DNA from: a bacterium
Lineage (GTDB): Bacteria; Bdellovibrionota_C; UBA2361; CALJRW01
Length of the DNA stretch: 64,000 bases
Direction: 5' to 3'
Assembly (NCBI GenBank): GCA_031385045.1
Contig: JANNBC010000028.1
Location: 1 to 64,000 of the forward strand
Part shown: positions 27,321 to 37,042 of the stretch, piece by piece
Numbering within the stretch: the stretch's first letter is position 1
Layout of the letters: each line of letters opens with the position of its first letter
The notes under the pieces: generated by a model
The model's input: the letters and a program-made list of their open reading frames with translations, nothing else
What the model was told of the DNA's origin: nothing
Database searches by the model: none
Translations under genes and position numbers: made by a program

Positions 27321-29159
27321 ATGAGTACTAAATCAACTTCCTACCTAGAGTTACAAAATTGGGTAAACCAAATCGCAGAATTATGCAGTCCAAAAGATAT
27401 CCATTGGTGTGATGGTTCAGAAGAAGAATGGCGAGTATTATCAGAACTATTAGTAGCTAAAGGAACTTTTATTAAATTAAATTCAGAGAAGCGCCCTAAT
27501 AGTTTCTTGGCGCGTTCGGCAACTTCTGATGTTGCCCGAGTGGAAGATCGTACCTTTATCTGCTCTCGACGCAAGGATGATGCGGGTCCAACTAATAACT
27601 GGCAAGAACCAGTTAGTATGAAAACTAAAATGTTAGAGGTTTTTAAAGGATCAATGCAGGGTCGAACAATGTATGTCATTCCATTTTGTATGGGTCCAAT
27701 AGATTCTCCGCTGGCACAGATTGGAGTTGAGATCTCAGATAGTCCTTATGTAGTTTTAAACATGAAGATCATGTGTCATATGGGGCAGAAAGTTCTCACT
27801 AGATTGGAAGAAGAGGTTACGAACACAGTCAGTAAAAAAAGATTCGCCCATGGTAGTTTCATACCCTGTGTACATTCTGTCGGGATGCCTTTAGCTACTG
27901 GACAAAAGGATATAGCTTGGCCTTGTAGTGATGAGAAGTATATCGTCCATTTTCCAGAGAGTCGGGAAATTTGGTCTTATGGGTCAGGGTATGGTGGGAA
28001 TGCACTTCTCGGTAAAAAGTGTTTGGCACTTAGAATTGCTTCAAATATTGCGCGCGAGAATGAGTGGCTAGCTGAGCACATGTTAATTGTTGGTGTGCAT
28101 TCTCCAAAAGGTAAGACTAATTATTTAGCAGCAGCATTTCCATCTGCTTGTGGGAAGACAAATTTAGCGATGTTAATTCCACCGCAGAAATTTTTAGATG
28201 AGGGTTGGAAAACTACAATTGTTGGGGATGATATCGCTTGGCTCTGGCCTCATGCCGATGGTCGTTTGCATGCGATTAATCCGGAAACGGGATTTTTTGG
28301 GGTGGCTCCAGGGACTTCATACATTACAAATCCGATTGCCATGGATTCAATGCAAGCCAATACAATTTTTACAAATGTAGCTTTAACTGACGAAGGTGAT
28401 GTTTGGTGGGAGGGGCTGACAAAAGAAGCGCCAGCACATTTAATTGATTGGACCGGACAAGATTGGACACCAGACTGTGGTCGATTATCTGCTCATGCTA
28501 ATTCTAGGTTTACAGCTCCTGCCAAGCAATGCCCAACAATTGATCCTAATTGGCAAAACCCAGAAGGAGTGCCGATTGACGGAATTATGTATGGCGGACG
28601 GCGCGCCACTACAATGCCCTTAGTTTTTCAAGCATACAACTGGAGTCATGGAATCTATTTAGGTGCAACCATGGGATCAGAGATGACGGCTGCTGCCGCT
28701 GGACAGATTGGTAAGGTGCGCCGTGATCCAATGGCGATGTTGCCATTCTGCGGTTATAATATGGGTGATTACTTTGGTCATTGGTTAGAGATGCGTAAGC
28801 ACCTAAAACACTTGCCCCGTTTTTTTCATGTTAACTGGTTTAGAAAAGATCAAAATGGAAAATTTTTGTGGCCAGGATTTGGTGAGAACATGCGAGTTAT
28901 TAAATGGGTAGTTTCACGATGTAATGGAGAGGCTATTGGTTATGAAACTCAAATTGGTTGGATGCCTAAGTTTGAAGACTTTGACATTGAAGGCTTGGCA
29001 AACTTTGATGAAGCTAAATTTAATCAATGTATGGAATTTAATCGGGAGGAGTGGAAGCTAGAGCTTGCTAGTCAAACTGAATTTTTTATCGATCTTTATG
29101 ATCACTTACCGAAAGAGTTAGTTTTTCAAAAAGAATTACTGATTGCTAGATTAACTTAA
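27321..29159 (+). CDS. pckG: Phosphoenolpyruvate carboxykinase (GTP)
   Basis: [49 protein letters not shown]. Confidence 0.98.
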   Translation: MSTKSTSYLELQNWVNQIAELCSPKDIHWCDGSEEEWRVLSELLVAKGTFIKLNSEKRPNSFLARSATSDVARVEDRTFICSRRKDDAGPTNNWQEPVSMKTKMLEVFKGSMQGRTMYVIPFCMGPIDSPLAQIGVEISDSPYVVLNMKIMCHMGQKVLTRLEEEVTNTVSKKRFAHGSFIPCVHSVGMPLATGQKDIAWPCSDEKYIVHFPESREIWSYGSGYGGNALLGKKCLALRIASNIARENEWLAEHMLIVGVHSPKGKTNYLAAAFPSACGKTNLAMLIPPQKFLDEGWKTTIVGDDIAWLWPHADGRLHAINPETGFFGVAPGTSYITNPIAMDSMQANTIFTNVALTDEGDVWWEGLTKEAPAHLIDWTGQDWTPDCGRLSAHANSRFTAPAKQCPTIDPNWQNPEGVPIDGIMYGGRRATTMPLVFQAYNWSHGIYLGATMGSEMTAAAAGQIGKVRRDPMAMLPFCGYNMGDYFGHWLEMRKHLKHLPRFFHVNWFRKDQNGKFLWPGFGENMRVIKWVVSRCNGEAIGYETQIGWMPKFEDFDIEGLANFDEAKFNQCMEFNREEWKLELASQTEFFIDLYDHLPKELVFQKELLIARLT

Positions 29160-29244
29160 TGAACGAAACCGTAAATATTTTTTGTTACTGACGTTTGCCA
29201 TAATAACTTTGATTGTGGGGATGCGTGGCAATTAATATCATTTA

Positions 29245-29781
29245 TTATAGACAGCCAGTAGTTACTGGGTCGTCGATCATAAAATTTTCGCTCAATTCAG
29301 AACTATTCTTGAAAAAAATTTTGCTTGTAGAAAAAACTGTACTCAAATTTTGTGTGCCGTCATCATCATATGTATAATCTTGTTGAGTTGATTTTGAACC
29401 TTTACAATGGGTAGCGATAGCTATCATATAAATATCTTTTGAACTATTAGTTCTCCAAACTTGCAATTGAGAAAAAACGTCTTTTTGAGATTTATAGCCT
29501 GGTACTAAATTTTCAATACTAAGGCTATCAGCTCCTTGTTTTATTGATGTGCCGTCAGCAAGAAAACTTATTGAATACGAACTATTTGGATTGTCACCTA
29601 ATGCTTCTTCAATGTTAGCAGCATGGGCAGCAGTATAGATGTTTATAGTATGAGTCATCGCTGTTGCGTCGTTTGCTTTGGCCTTATATTCCTGAAATTG
29701 GGCAACTGATATTGTTGCAATTATACTTAGGACAGCTACTGTCACTAGGAGTTCAACCAAACTAAAACCTTGGTAATTCAT
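29245..29781 (-). CDS. Type IV pilin-like protein (prepilin N-terminal cleavage/methylation domain)
   Basis: QG|FSLVELLVTVAVLSIIATI; Cys pair in the C-terminal region. Confidence 0.9.
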   Translation of the reverse strand: MNYQGFSLVELLVTVAVLSIIATISVAQFQEYKAKANDATAMTHTINIYTAAHAANIEEALGDNPNSSYSISFLADGTSIKQGADSLSIENLVPGYKSQKDVFSQLQVWRTNSSKDIYMIAIATHCKGSKSTQQDYTYDDDGTQNLSTVFSTSKIFFKNSSELSENFMIDDPVTTGCL

Positions 29782-29788
29782 TCTAATC

Positions 29789-29816
29789 AATTCGGCAATA
29801 GTTGGGATAAACTTTA
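29789..29816 (-). promoter_or_regulatory. Sigma28-like promoter upstream of the pilin gene
   Basis: Minus-strand TAAAGTTT-N12-GCCGAATT, 7 nt upstream of the ATG at 29781. Confidence 0.5.
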
Positions 29817-29998
29817 ATATTTTAAAACTGCATGTTTGAGATGCCTTTAAGTATCTCTAAACACAAGTGTCCCGTTAAGAAAGGAAAATTACTCGATTTA
29901 ATAGTCAATTCGATAGGTTATCTGCTTTTAGTGAGTTTTAAACGGGACAGTAGTGATCTCTAAACGACTCATTTTTCCTGATTTTTAAAAGGATCTAG

Positions 29999-31033
29999 TT
30001 AACTTTTACTTAGAGCAAGTTCAACGCCTTCTCTTCTGCTTAAAGCATCCATAAATGCTTTGGCTGGATCTGCCAGTGGTTTGCTTGCTTCTTTTTTAGA
30101 AGTATTTGGAATCATAGAAGCTACTTCCTCTGTTTGCCCCTGAGTATATGTTGCCTGCAAAGGAGCATCTTCTTTCAGGCCATTAATTGTATTTAATGTT
30201 TCTGTTAATTTTGTAGTTTCCTGAGTAGATAGCGATATCCCATTATTTTCTTTAGTTGCAACATTCGGAATTGGGTTAGCTAAACTTTGTTCTTGGCTTT
30301 GAGTATAAGTTGCTTGTAATGGGCTTTCTTGTTTTAGGCCGTTAATTGTATTTAAACTTTCTGCTAACGTTGTCGCGTCCTTAGTAGATAATCCACTAGC
30401 TTCTTTCCAAGGCATTTTGATTCCTAATTCCTTGGCAGCCGCTAATTTTAGATCATCTTCAATTACAATTGTACTTTCTAAGAATGCTTTGTTTGGATTG
30501 ACAAGTATTCCTAATTTTTCAAGCTGAACATTAATATCACCCATTAGTTTCTTGTGAGCTTCTGGATCTAGAAGTCGATCTTCAGGAGTAGGTGTTGGTT
30601 TTACGATATCTTTTTCTGTTTTAGATTCTACCTTGGAGTTGATTTGTCTTGCTGGATCTAATTCTTCCAGATGTCTAATTACTTGGCTGGCAACAAACAG
30701 TGCTTCACGCTCTTGTTGTTCACGCCAACGCATTTGCTTTTCAAAAACTTCATCTTGAGTAGCAGGTTTTGCCTGCAAGGATTCTACGTTAGCTCCAATC
30801 TGGCTACTATTTGTGGTTACAGTTTGATTTCCACCAATGTCATTTTTTTGTAGATTTTGTGCGGTAACAGTAAGCCCTTCTAGACTATTATGGATGGCAC
30901 GCATGTCATAGGGATTAGATTTAATTTGATCGATTGTATTGTGAATTGCTTTGGATAATTCAGGATCAAATTGTTTGGTGGAAGTTTGTGAGACAGAACT
31001 TTCAACTTGTTTATCAGGGGCAAATAGAGTCAT
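29999..31033 (-). CDS. Hypothetical hydrophilic protein with an internal 53-aa duplication
   Basis: LNTINGLK..PLQATYTQ occurs twice with a 159-nt period. Confidence 0.75.
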   Translation of the reverse strand: MTLFAPDKQVESSVSQTSTKQFDPELSKAIHNTIDQIKSNPYDMRAIHNSLEGLTVTAQNLQKNDIGGNQTVTTNSSQIGANVESLQAKPATQDEVFEKQMRWREQQEREALFVASQVIRHLEELDPARQINSKVESKTEKDIVKPTPTPEDRLLDPEAHKKLMGDINVQLEKLGILVNPNKAFLESTIVIEDDLKLAAAKELGIKMPWKEASGLSTKDATTLAESLNTINGLKQESPLQATYTQSQEQSLANPIPNVATKENNGISLSTQETTKLTETLNTINGLKEDAPLQATYTQGQTEEVASMIPNTSKKEASKPLADPAKAFMDALSRREGVELALSKS

Positions 31034-31134
31034 CGGTATTTAGCTAAAGCAATAACTACTCTTATATCAATGTAAGCGGGTAATGTGCTTCTATTTTATT
31101 TAAAATATTTAAAAATATTTATAACTAGCTATAA

Positions 31135-33105
31135 TTATTGAAAAAATTCTAGCTCAGCGATTGACCAATCAAAGAATGGGTCGGTGCCATTTTGCTCTAA
31201 TCGAATCTGTTTGACCTTAATCGGATCAAAATAGAAGGAATAACGGCGTTCACTTCCCAGTAGGTAACGAATAAAATAATAATCACTTCCAGAGATTAAA
31301 GGTGAGCGAATACCATGTTCATCAATAATCCAAATTTGTAGTTCACGAGGATAATCGGTAATCCAGTCAGCGAGGTGGTAGGTGAAAGCACGAAGTTCTT
31401 GTGGTTCAGGGAAATCAATCTCCATAAACATGGTTTGGTTTTGAGGGCTAGCTGAGCCCCAACGTGTTTTTAGATCCTGATCTAATACCTGACGAGCAGT
31501 CTCAGAGTTGTAGTTGGTATTAACCTTCACTTGCTCAAACTTAGTAAGTTTTACCAAGTCAGTTTGCTTTGGTTTAATATTATAAATTACAAAATACTCG
31601 GAAAGTATTTTTTCTTCATATGTGTAACCTTGAATTTCCAACGCTCGGCGCAGCATACCAGCTTGAGATTTTACTAATACATAAGGAGCCTGGTCACGAT
31701 ATTGTTCACCTTCATCTTCATACTCTGGAATACGACTGCGGTATGGTTCATCAAAAACCATGAAGCGAATAGTTTCTTTTGTTTCAAATGCCAAGCGGTA
31801 ACCAATCCAGTAGTTTGTTTTAACCCAGCGATAATCATTTTCGTGAAGCCAAGTAATTAATTCTTGGTGATCGACGCTGGCGCGGTCTAGGGCTTTAATC
31901 AGTGGTTCTTTGACATTGTTTCTTTCTGGGTAATAGGTTGAGACTAAGTTAATTGTAATAATCAAAACTAATAGCAGATAAGCTGGAACTTTTAAATTTT
32001 GAAACATTTTTGCTAAAATACTTCCTGTTAGAACAATTAGCGGGAAATAGATTGGTAGAAGGTAGCGTGGCGCTTCTGCTAAATGCCCATAGCTACTGCC
32101 GGCGACAATCATAATCATTAAAACGATCATTAATGATAAGATTTCTTGTGGGTTCTTCCAATTAAACTTTAAGATTCCGAGGTAAATAACTTCTCGAAAT
32201 CGATAGCCCAGATAGGCGATCACTAAAAACAAATAAATTAACACAACAAAGCTGGTCGATCCTGGGTAGGAATCATTGAAGGACGAGTCGTTTCTAGCTC
32301 CAACTAAGATTGGTAGTGAAATGTCAAAGAACTTACCTAAATATTCCCAACCTTTCCCATCTTCGGAGGAGGAGAAGATTTCCATGCTAGCAAAATTATT
32401 TTGTAGATTGTAAATCCAAAAGGGCAGGGAGCCAATCAGGAAACAAAAAATTGACCAGAGAAAAAATTTGCAAGTTTGCCAAAATCTTAAATGATAAATG
32501 GAGTATCCAAGGACGCTTAGGAAAACAGGAATCATGAAGTAGAGGATCTGATTATTAACCCACCAGCCTAAGCCTAGTAGGAATGCTACCATGGCAAGAT
32601 TTTTAAAGTTAACTTGATCGTATTTAAGAGCTCGAATTAGTAAGAGCATAGCAAGACTACCAATTGCAATTACTTCAATAAATCCTCCGCGGGCTTTCGT
32701 GCTCCAAATAGCTAGTGTTACTGGTGGTATTGCAATTAATAGTCCGGCAAGTCGCGCTCCAATTTTATTGCTGAGTTCGAAAGCTGTTAGGTAGGTAATT
32801 AAAACAAAGGCTAAACTAAATGCTAGCGGAACATACTTTAAAGTATAATTTTCTAGGCCAATAAAAAGACCCAGGAAGCTAATTAAGATTGCTTCTAGGC
32901 TACCCATGTAATGTTGGCCATAATAGAAAATTGGCCAAGTCTGTCCTTCACTGATATGTTTGGCCATTAGACCAACAATGGCTTCGTCAGAGTCAATTGC
33001 AAAGTGACTGGCAATCACCAAATCAAGTCGTATCGCTAATGCAATTAATAAGATTAAGGTTAGGAAAAGCCAGTCTTGTTTGATGATTGTTTTAAGTGCC
33101 AGCAT
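31135..33105 (-). CDS. GT-C (ArnT/PMT-like) membrane glycosyltransferase with C-terminal F5/8 type C (discoidin)-like domain
   Basis: DSDEAIVGLMA, YGQHYMGSLE, many TMs, DQDLKTRWGS..MEIDF..SIAELEF. Confidence 0.8.
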   Translation of the reverse strand: MLALKTIIKQDWLFLTLILLIALAIRLDLVIASHFAIDSDEAIVGLMAKHISEGQTWPIFYYGQHYMGSLEAILISFLGLFIGLENYTLKYVPLAFSLAFVLITYLTAFELSNKIGARLAGLLIAIPPVTLAIWSTKARGGFIEVIAIGSLAMLLLIRALKYDQVNFKNLAMVAFLLGLGWWVNNQILYFMIPVFLSVLGYSIYHLRFWQTCKFFLWSIFCFLIGSLPFWIYNLQNNFASMEIFSSSEDGKGWEYLGKFFDISLPILVGARNDSSFNDSYPGSTSFVVLIYLFLVIAYLGYRFREVIYLGILKFNWKNPQEILSLMIVLMIMIVAGSSYGHLAEAPRYLLPIYFPLIVLTGSILAKMFQNLKVPAYLLLVLIITINLVSTYYPERNNVKEPLIKALDRASVDHQELITWLHENDYRWVKTNYWIGYRLAFETKETIRFMVFDEPYRSRIPEYEDEGEQYRDQAPYVLVKSQAGMLRRALEIQGYTYEEKILSEYFVIYNIKPKQTDLVKLTKFEQVKVNTNYNSETARQVLDQDLKTRWGSASPQNQTMFMEIDFPEPQELRAFTYHLADWITDYPRELQIWIIDEHGIRSPLISGSDYYFIRYLLGSERRYSFYFDPIKVKQIRLEQNGTDPFFDWSIAELEFFQ

Positions 33106-33123
33106 TATTTATATTAGATAATA

Positions 33124-34071
33124 ATGTCAGATATATTAGTCTCAATTGTTATTCCTGTCTATCATTCCGAGGGTACGCTTCTTAGTTGCCTAGAGTCAAT
33201 CAACAATCAGGAGTTCGAAGGCTTGGAGGTGATCATTATAGACTCAGAGAATTCTCAAGATACTGCCATGTTGTCCAAGATACAGAAGGCTAGATATTTC
33301 AATATCGAGTTAAACAATATTGCGGCGAAGAGAAATTTTGGAGCCACTCAATCGAAAGGGGAGATTATACTCTTTTTAGATTCTGATTGCTTGTTGCCCG
33401 AACATTTTTTTGATTCGCTAGAAGAGATTTTTCAGGATACCGAGATTGTTGCCGCCGGCTCTCATGATTTTAAACTTCCAACTGGTAGTCACTGGATTAA
33501 CTATGCTTGGCAAATTCATTTTCAAGTTTGGTCGACTCATAACACCTCGTGGATTCCAACAAGATGTTTAGCCGTAAGAAAACAGACCTTCCAAAAGATT
33601 AATGGTTTTAATGATAAGTTAATTACCTGTGAGGATGTTGACTTAGGTTATCGCTTAAATAACTACGGACGCATTCTAAATACGGATAAGTTAACTATTA
33701 CACATCTATTAAATCCTACAAACTTAGGGCAGTTTTTTATGAAAGAACTCTGGCATGGACTGAATAGTATTTCGATTAGTATTAAGAATCGCTCCAACTG
33801 GAAGGAAATTGTTTATTTATTAATCCCAACATACTTTATTGGAATGGTTTTACTACTTTGTTGGAGCCTTTTTCAGCTATGTTATCTTGGTAATTCACTC
33901 GGGTTGCTCTTGTTATTGCTAGGATTAACGCCGTCAATAGCAATGGCGTTTTATACAGTTTATTGCAATAACCAGTTGAAATACTTCCCCGGCTTAGCGG
34001 TTGCTTATCAGTTATATTTATTTGCCAGAGGCGCTGCGGCGTTGCGCTTACATCAACTTTGGAAAAGCTAG
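33124..34071 (+). CDS. Glycosyltransferase family 2
   Basis: VSIVIP, RNFGA, FLDSD, GFN..CEDVDL; C-terminal TMs. Confidence 0.92.
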   Translation: MSDILVSIVIPVYHSEGTLLSCLESINNQEFEGLEVIIIDSENSQDTAMLSKIQKARYFNIELNNIAAKRNFGATQSKGEIILFLDSDCLLPEHFFDSLEEIFQDTEIVAAGSHDFKLPTGSHWINYAWQIHFQVWSTHNTSWIPTRCLAVRKQTFQKINGFNDKLITCEDVDLGYRLNNYGRILNTDKLTITHLLNPTNLGQFFMKELWHGLNSISISIKNRSNWKEIVYLLIPTYFIGMVLLLCWSLFQLCYLGNSLGLLLLLLGLTPSIAMAFYTVYCNNQLKYFPGLAVAYQLYLFARGAAALRLHQLWKS

Positions 34072-34358
34072 AGCGTTAAAAAATTAAAATTTTTTAGGCT
34101 TGCTTTAAGTCTTAAATTTTCTCTTTGAGTTAAATTCTTTGCGAGGCTTTATCTGACATAAATATCACCTGGCAGAGGTCTTTTGTTGATTATAAATTTT
34201 ATTTTATAGCAACTGTCCATAGAATGTTAGAAGCCCTAATTCTACTTTCCTACTTGTTAACAGGGGCTTTTTATAGTCTACTCCCCTTGATTACTTTACA
34301 GTTTGCTGTATAAGCAATTTTCATCCAAGTTTATCTTTTGTGAGGAATAGAAGAGGAA

Positions 34359-35966
34359 TTGAAAAATACCGTACATCCGAGTCCCCGACCTGACTTTTTA
34401 GGTCACAATTTTCGAATCCCAGATTCAAGTCAACCTCTTTCTGGAACTATAGTAGTAAGTAACCACCCTGATTTTCCAACTACCACCTCCGCGAGCGAAT
34501 CTCAATTTCAAATACCCCCAATTAGTAGGAGTTTATCTCCGTTTTTTATGACTAGGACTGAAGATTCTGGTCAGGAATCTAATAAGGTTGATGCTGCTAG
34601 CATGCGATATAACCAGCTAGGAATTCCTTTTTATGCTGTTAGTACGTCACAGGCAGTCGAGCGCGTAATGCATACGCGTACTATGTTTAGCACTGGAGTT
34701 TTGCATGAAGAAGCTTCGCGCTTAGGTGTGCGACCTGAGTGGATCAATGCTCATCATCATGAACAAACAATGGTTGCAATTGCTGAGCAACCACTGCCAA
34801 TTACTAGTATCTTTGGTAAGCTGGGAGCAGCTGGAAGCCCAGATGCGATGCGTCGCTCTTTGCTCAGTATGAAAGAGATGGCTCAGGAATTGAGCAAAGC
34901 ATCAGGGGAAGAAGTAGCAATTGGAATGTTGGCATCTCTAGAGCACTTAGTAACGAAAAGTGGCTTAACAAGTGCTCTGTATCTATTACTTCCAAACTTA
35001 AATAAGCCAGGGGCTACAACTATTGATCGGGCACGTTTGCTTACTCATGCTGAATTAAAAAAAGCAGAAGGGCAGCCATTTAGAGATCTAAAGATTAATC
35101 CAGTTCAGATTCTGCAGATTGAGCAAATGATGCTCGAGATTTCTCGCCAAGCAACAATTGCGCAAAAGAAACTAACTGCTACTGGAAAGCCATTAGTTAA
35201 TGGTTCCAAGGTTGCCTTTGATCGTATTGGTAAAAATCGTGAATTAGCAGTAACCTTTCAGACGAACATTCTAGATCAGGCTCTTAAAGATCAAGGTTTA
35301 TATATTAATCAGCTATTACCAAGTTCTCCCGCTGTAGATTACTGTTCTTTTGTGGCAGCAATGAATTCTGGAATTATTAAATCAATAGTTCCTGATATCA
35401 ATTTTGTTACAGAAGATACTCGCTCCACAGATTTGCTAACAACTACAGGTGTTGCTGATTGGGAGAAGTTTCTTTCTGCTTTTATCAAAGCTGGCATTCT
35501 ATCTCCAGAGTCTCCAATTCTAAGGTTAAAGGTAAAGCAAGAAGATGGTAGTTATAGTTTTGTTATGCTTAGAATTGATCAATTAAATGGCCAAGAATCC
35601 ACGGCGATTGATTCTAAAGGTAATATTTATAAATTAGTTGAGTTACAAGAGAAAAGTTTGCAACACTATCATGAGACTGGGGCACCACTATTTGTACCAG
35701 CAGCAATTTTTCGCTACTGGGCTAACTTTGCAGTAGGTAATTCAATTATTCTAGAAGACGGTATGCCCTATCAGTTGTTGACAGATTTACATATGGCCAT
35801 GGGAACAACAGAATTTTGTTTAGAGCCTAGAGGTTTAAATATTTTTCCATATACGGATCTTTGGAAAAATTTTGACCCAATTGATCCGTTAAAGCCCTAC
35901 CATGGGATCGAGGAGAGCTTTACCGCCCTTGATTTTATTGATCCAGCGAAACATGTTCGGGCTTAA
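34359..35966 (+). CDS. Hypothetical protein
   Basis: 535-aa ORF, agagga RBS before a TTG start, overlaps the peptidase gene. Confidence 0.7.
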   Translation: MKNTVHPSPRPDFLGHNFRIPDSSQPLSGTIVVSNHPDFPTTTSASESQFQIPPISRSLSPFFMTRTEDSGQESNKVDAASMRYNQLGIPFYAVSTSQAVERVMHTRTMFSTGVLHEEASRLGVRPEWINAHHHEQTMVAIAEQPLPITSIFGKLGAAGSPDAMRRSLLSMKEMAQELSKASGEEVAIGMLASLEHLVTKSGLTSALYLLLPNLNKPGATTIDRARLLTHAELKKAEGQPFRDLKINPVQILQIEQMMLEISRQATIAQKKLTATGKPLVNGSKVAFDRIGKNRELAVTFQTNILDQALKDQGLYINQLLPSSPAVDYCSFVAAMNSGIIKSIVPDINFVTEDTRSTDLLTTTGVADWEKFLSAFIKAGILSPESPILRLKVKQEDGSYSFVMLRIDQLNGQESTAIDSKGNIYKLVELQEKSLQHYHETGAPLFVPAAIFRYWANFAVGNSIILEDGMPYQLLTDLHMAMGTTEFCLEPRGLNIFPYTDLWKNFDPIDPLKPYHGIEESFTALDFIDPAKHVRA

Positions 35967-37020
35967 TCAGGAAAAGCTGGGGCAGTTAGTTGATTTAATT
36001 AATCAAGAAAAGCTCGATGCGATGCTACTTTTTTCTAGTAGAGCAGATTCTAGACTTAGTCTCTGGCTGGCAAATATTCTTTGTCCTTCGGCTTTCCATT
36101 ATTTATTAATTACTAAAGAGCGCTCTTATTTTATTGAGGTTAGTTACCGAGTAGAAGCATTAAGCAGAATTACGAATTTGCCTGTTGTGCCATTTGCTGA
36201 TGAAGATTTAATTGATCAATTTTTAAAAGATCATCTAAAAAACTTTAAGCGAATTGGATTAGCTGGCGATATTCCCTATTATCATTTGAAATATTGCACT
36301 GCTGAGACAGTTGATTTGCACACAGCAGTTGTTTCCCTTTTAGTTGATAAGAACTCCGAAGCAATTGCTGGAATTAAAGCTTCGGTTGATTGTTTAAGTG
36401 CTTCACTCCAAATGCTCCGAGCTGAAATGCGACCAGGATGGAGTGCCAAAAGAATTGCTCAAAAATTGGCCAGTTATTTACTAGATCTTGATGCTACTCC
36501 TGCTTTTAATACCTCTGTTGCAATTGGAGCAGAACTTAAAACAAGTACGATTGCTATTCCCTCTGAAAAATCAATCTGGTCAGAAAATAATCCTTTGTTA
36601 ATTGATTGTGGTGCTAAGCTTGGTGGTTATTATACTGATATTACCAGAATGTTTTTTGTTGAGGAGTCTTCTGGTCTACAAGCAGCTTATCAGAACTTAT
36701 GCCTTGCCCAGAGGCAGACAGCTGAGAAGATTCGTGCTGGTACTAGCCTGCAGCAACTTTATCAGACAATGAAGTCAGAGTTGTCGTTGGTTAATTTAGA
36801 TTCAAGATCATTAGAAGCTGCCGACTTAGGACATGGAATCGGTTATGCTTTGCATGAAGATCCGATGTTTTTTCGGAAAGAGAATGCTAATTTCCTGTTG
36901 CAAGCTGGAAATATAATTACAATTGAGCCTGAAATAATTTGTGAAGATTTGCGAATTAGAGTTGAGGATATGTTTTTAATTAATCAACATGGCAGTACTT
37001 GCTTAACTTCAAAAATCTAA
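35953..37020 (+). CDS. M24 family Xaa-Pro peptidase
   Basis: IDCG..YYTDITR, GHGIG..HE, TIEP, RVED; start taken at MFGL. Confidence 0.9.
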   Translation: MFGLNQEKLGQLVDLINQEKLDAMLLFSSRADSRLSLWLANILCPSAFHYLLITKERSYFIEVSYRVEALSRITNLPVVPFADEDLIDQFLKDHLKNFKRIGLAGDIPYYHLKYCTAETVDLHTAVVSLLVDKNSEAIAGIKASVDCLSASLQMLRAEMRPGWSAKRIAQKLASYLLDLDATPAFNTSVAIGAELKTSTIAIPSEKSIWSENNPLLIDCGAKLGGYYTDITRMFFVEESSGLQAAYQNLCLAQRQTAEKIRAGTSLQQLYQTMKSELSLVNLDSRSLEAADLGHGIGYALHEDPMFFRKENANFLLQAGNIITIEPEIICEDLRIRVEDMFLINQHGSTCLTSKI

Positions 37021-37042
37021 TCAAACTTAGATATTCTTGCTA

